Below, piece by piece: positions 62,431 to 64,000 of a stretch of DNA of 64,000 nucleotides (its first letter is position 1; every line of letters begins with the position of its first letter). The position numbers and the translations under genes are program-made. The notes under the pieces were generated by a model, which saw only the letters and a program-made list of their open reading frames with translations, did no database searches and had not been told where the DNA came from. Source of the stretch: Armatimonadota bacterium (GTDB lineage Bacteria > Armatimonadota > Fimbriimonadia > Fimbriimonadales > Fimbriimonadaceae); NCBI GenBank assembly GCA_023392285.1, contig JAEVZK010000091.1:5208-69207 (forward strand), read 5' to 3'.

Positions 62431-64000
62431 ATGTCGCTGCAAACAATGACGTTACCCTCGGTTCAGGCCTGGAAATGTGCGGTTCTAGCCGTTACTCTCT
62501 TGATCTTTGCTTTCGGCGGAATGAAAGCTTCGCCCAGCGTAGCATTTGGCATCACCGGAGGAGGCACGACCGGATCGGGAGGAGGGACGAGTTCAACACC
62601 CCACTGGGATGTGACCTACACAGTGTCTAATGACACCAGCGAAACCGATGGCCCAGGTGGCGATTGGGTTGCCGCTTGGACGTCCCCATTCAATTCTGGC
62701 GGAGCAAACTCTGGGGCGGCGGACCGATTCTATTCACCCTCGGATACGGCACCGCGAATACCAGCGGAGAGGTGACCGCCCATTTTTCTTGGAATGGTGG
62801 CAGCGCAAATCTCGATCCTCCAGAGGCAGTGATCGTTGAGGAACGCTCCATAGCCTCGTGGACGGGTGACTCGGGTACGTGCGACTGCGGCTTGGAAGTG
62901 GTGGATTCTCACAACGTGAGCGGGCAAAGTGGAGACGAATCTGGACTCCGATGGACGGTGAAAGAGAACCCAGGCGCGAGCTTTACTCTCACTTCCTCAT
63001 GCTCGATGTCGGCGAGCGTTGCAGTCGCTCAAGGTTCACCAAACCATTTTTACGGAAGCTGTTCGGTGACCTATACCGCCACCCCCCACGATGTACGGCT
63101 CGTTCTTGCCGGAGGAAAGCTGGACGCGCCCGGAACGAGCTACCTCATTGGACAGCGTCTAACCGGCACAGTCGATTCGGCGTACCCGATCGCCTCTCAA
63201 ACCTGGTCCGTCTCAGGCGGCGATCCGTTTAAGAGCTTCGATCATGATTATGTCGGCGGGGCTTTGTATTCATACGGGCACCGTGTCAATCTAAATTCTT
63301 CAGATCTGTCCGCATCGTCGCTTGTGTGTAGTTTCGCCAAACCTGCGAGCTGTACTGTCAGCTGCCAATTACACCTCACCCTGCCGGAGCTAAACCCTAG
63401 CGGAGGCTTGGCTCTGACCGTGGGAAAGCAAACCAGCGCGGTTGCTCCAACGTCAACTCTTGTAATCGCTGACGGTCGGGTCCAACTAATCAACCCAAGT
63501 TCCCGCAGCGGTGCCTTCATTGGTGTTTATAATGCAAGTCCTCCGTCCAGTCCGGTAATAGGAATTAATTGGACAGGCAACGCTACAAGCCCATCCGGTT
63601 ATGGTTCCGGGGGTGGCTGGTTATACCTCCAATTGATTACGCTCGGTTCAAACCGATTTACGCCTCCAACTACGACGGAAAGCGAGCAATGCGGAAGTGG
63701 TACGACTTGGTGGACGAATGGCTTAGATTCCACCTACCCCTATGAGCCGCTAGATGATGGAGTAAACAGTCTGTTCTCAAGTGGGACCGATGGTTTTGCG
63801 GAAGATCATCCAAATTTCGCCTTAGATGCTCCTGCCACCTCTTACACCGCTTCTCAATCTTTTGAGGATTACATGATGTTCTTGCCTCCCGGTGCCGGCA
63901 GTCAGCTTGTTCCATTGAAAAAATTTACTTGGAGCTGGGGAGGATTGGCATCTTGGAACGGGACAGCTTGGTCGCTGAGTAGCCCAAGTCACAGTTCCAC
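62431..64000 (+). pseudogene. Secreted hypothetical protein, apparently frameshifted near 62705-62725 (or two ORFs); 3' end beyond the window
   Basis: Frame 1 (62431..62775) encodes a signal-anchor plus Gly/Thr-rich start and stops at 62773-62775. Another frame, open from 62634, reads ...GGGPILFTLGYGTANTSGEVTAHFSWNGGSANLDPPEAVIV... and runs uninterrupted to 64000. It is not in the ORF track because it has no stop in the window. GTG 62772 is the alternative independent start. Confidence 0.45.

Overview
Moderately GC-rich bacterial chromosomal segment; the lineage cannot be assigned without a database search. Ordinary housekeeping genes flank one large accessory locus. They include a partial acyltransferase, a SpoU methyltransferase, MarR, an SdhA/FrdA-type flavoprotein, pdxS, L25/Ctc, DedA, an ABC1/UbiB kinase, dnaA, thiamine pyrophosphokinase, purM, tRNA-Lys, a pilin-like operon and infA.

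The accessory locus is about 33 kb, entirely on the plus strand and tightly packed. From 14085 to 40418 it encodes a phage-tail-like contractile injection system (eCIS/PLTS, Afp/PVC-like):
- a sheath and two tube paralogs;
- an assembly-chaperone-like gene followed by an out-of-frame DUF6760-like ORF that has no usable start (possible -1 frameshift);
- a 2140-aa multidomain protein with a GxSxG hydrolase and a DUF4157/HExxH module;
- a 1164-aa low-complexity tape-measure candidate;
- a LysM hub protein, a VgrG spike, PAAR, gp25, baseplate J and a gpI-like wedge protein;
- three non-canonical proteins: a DUF4159 fusion and two mid-chain single-pass membrane proteins with Ig-like, (PE)n, IPT/TIG and TPR parts.

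After a 37-nt gap with no canonical terminator, the locus continues into a four-gene secreted module (40456-47205). This module is an active-looking caspase (C14), a LysM/SH3/NlpC-P60 peptidoglycan hydrolase, a caspase paralog with both catalytic residues substituted, and a TPR protein. The first three are start/stop-overlapped. A clean intrinsic terminator closes the module at about 47230-47262.

The window contains no capsid, terminase, portal or integrase genes, no T6SS membrane-complex genes, no Afp15-like AAA+ ATPase, and no Afp16/DUF4255 cap gene.

Other notable items:
- two copies of a ~137-bp highly palindromic intergenic element (8158-8504);
- an apparently frameshifted secreted-protein gene running off the 3' end;
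- two ORFs that run off the window ends and are therefore absent from the ORF track.

All functional calls rest on motif recognition by eye. No searches were run.
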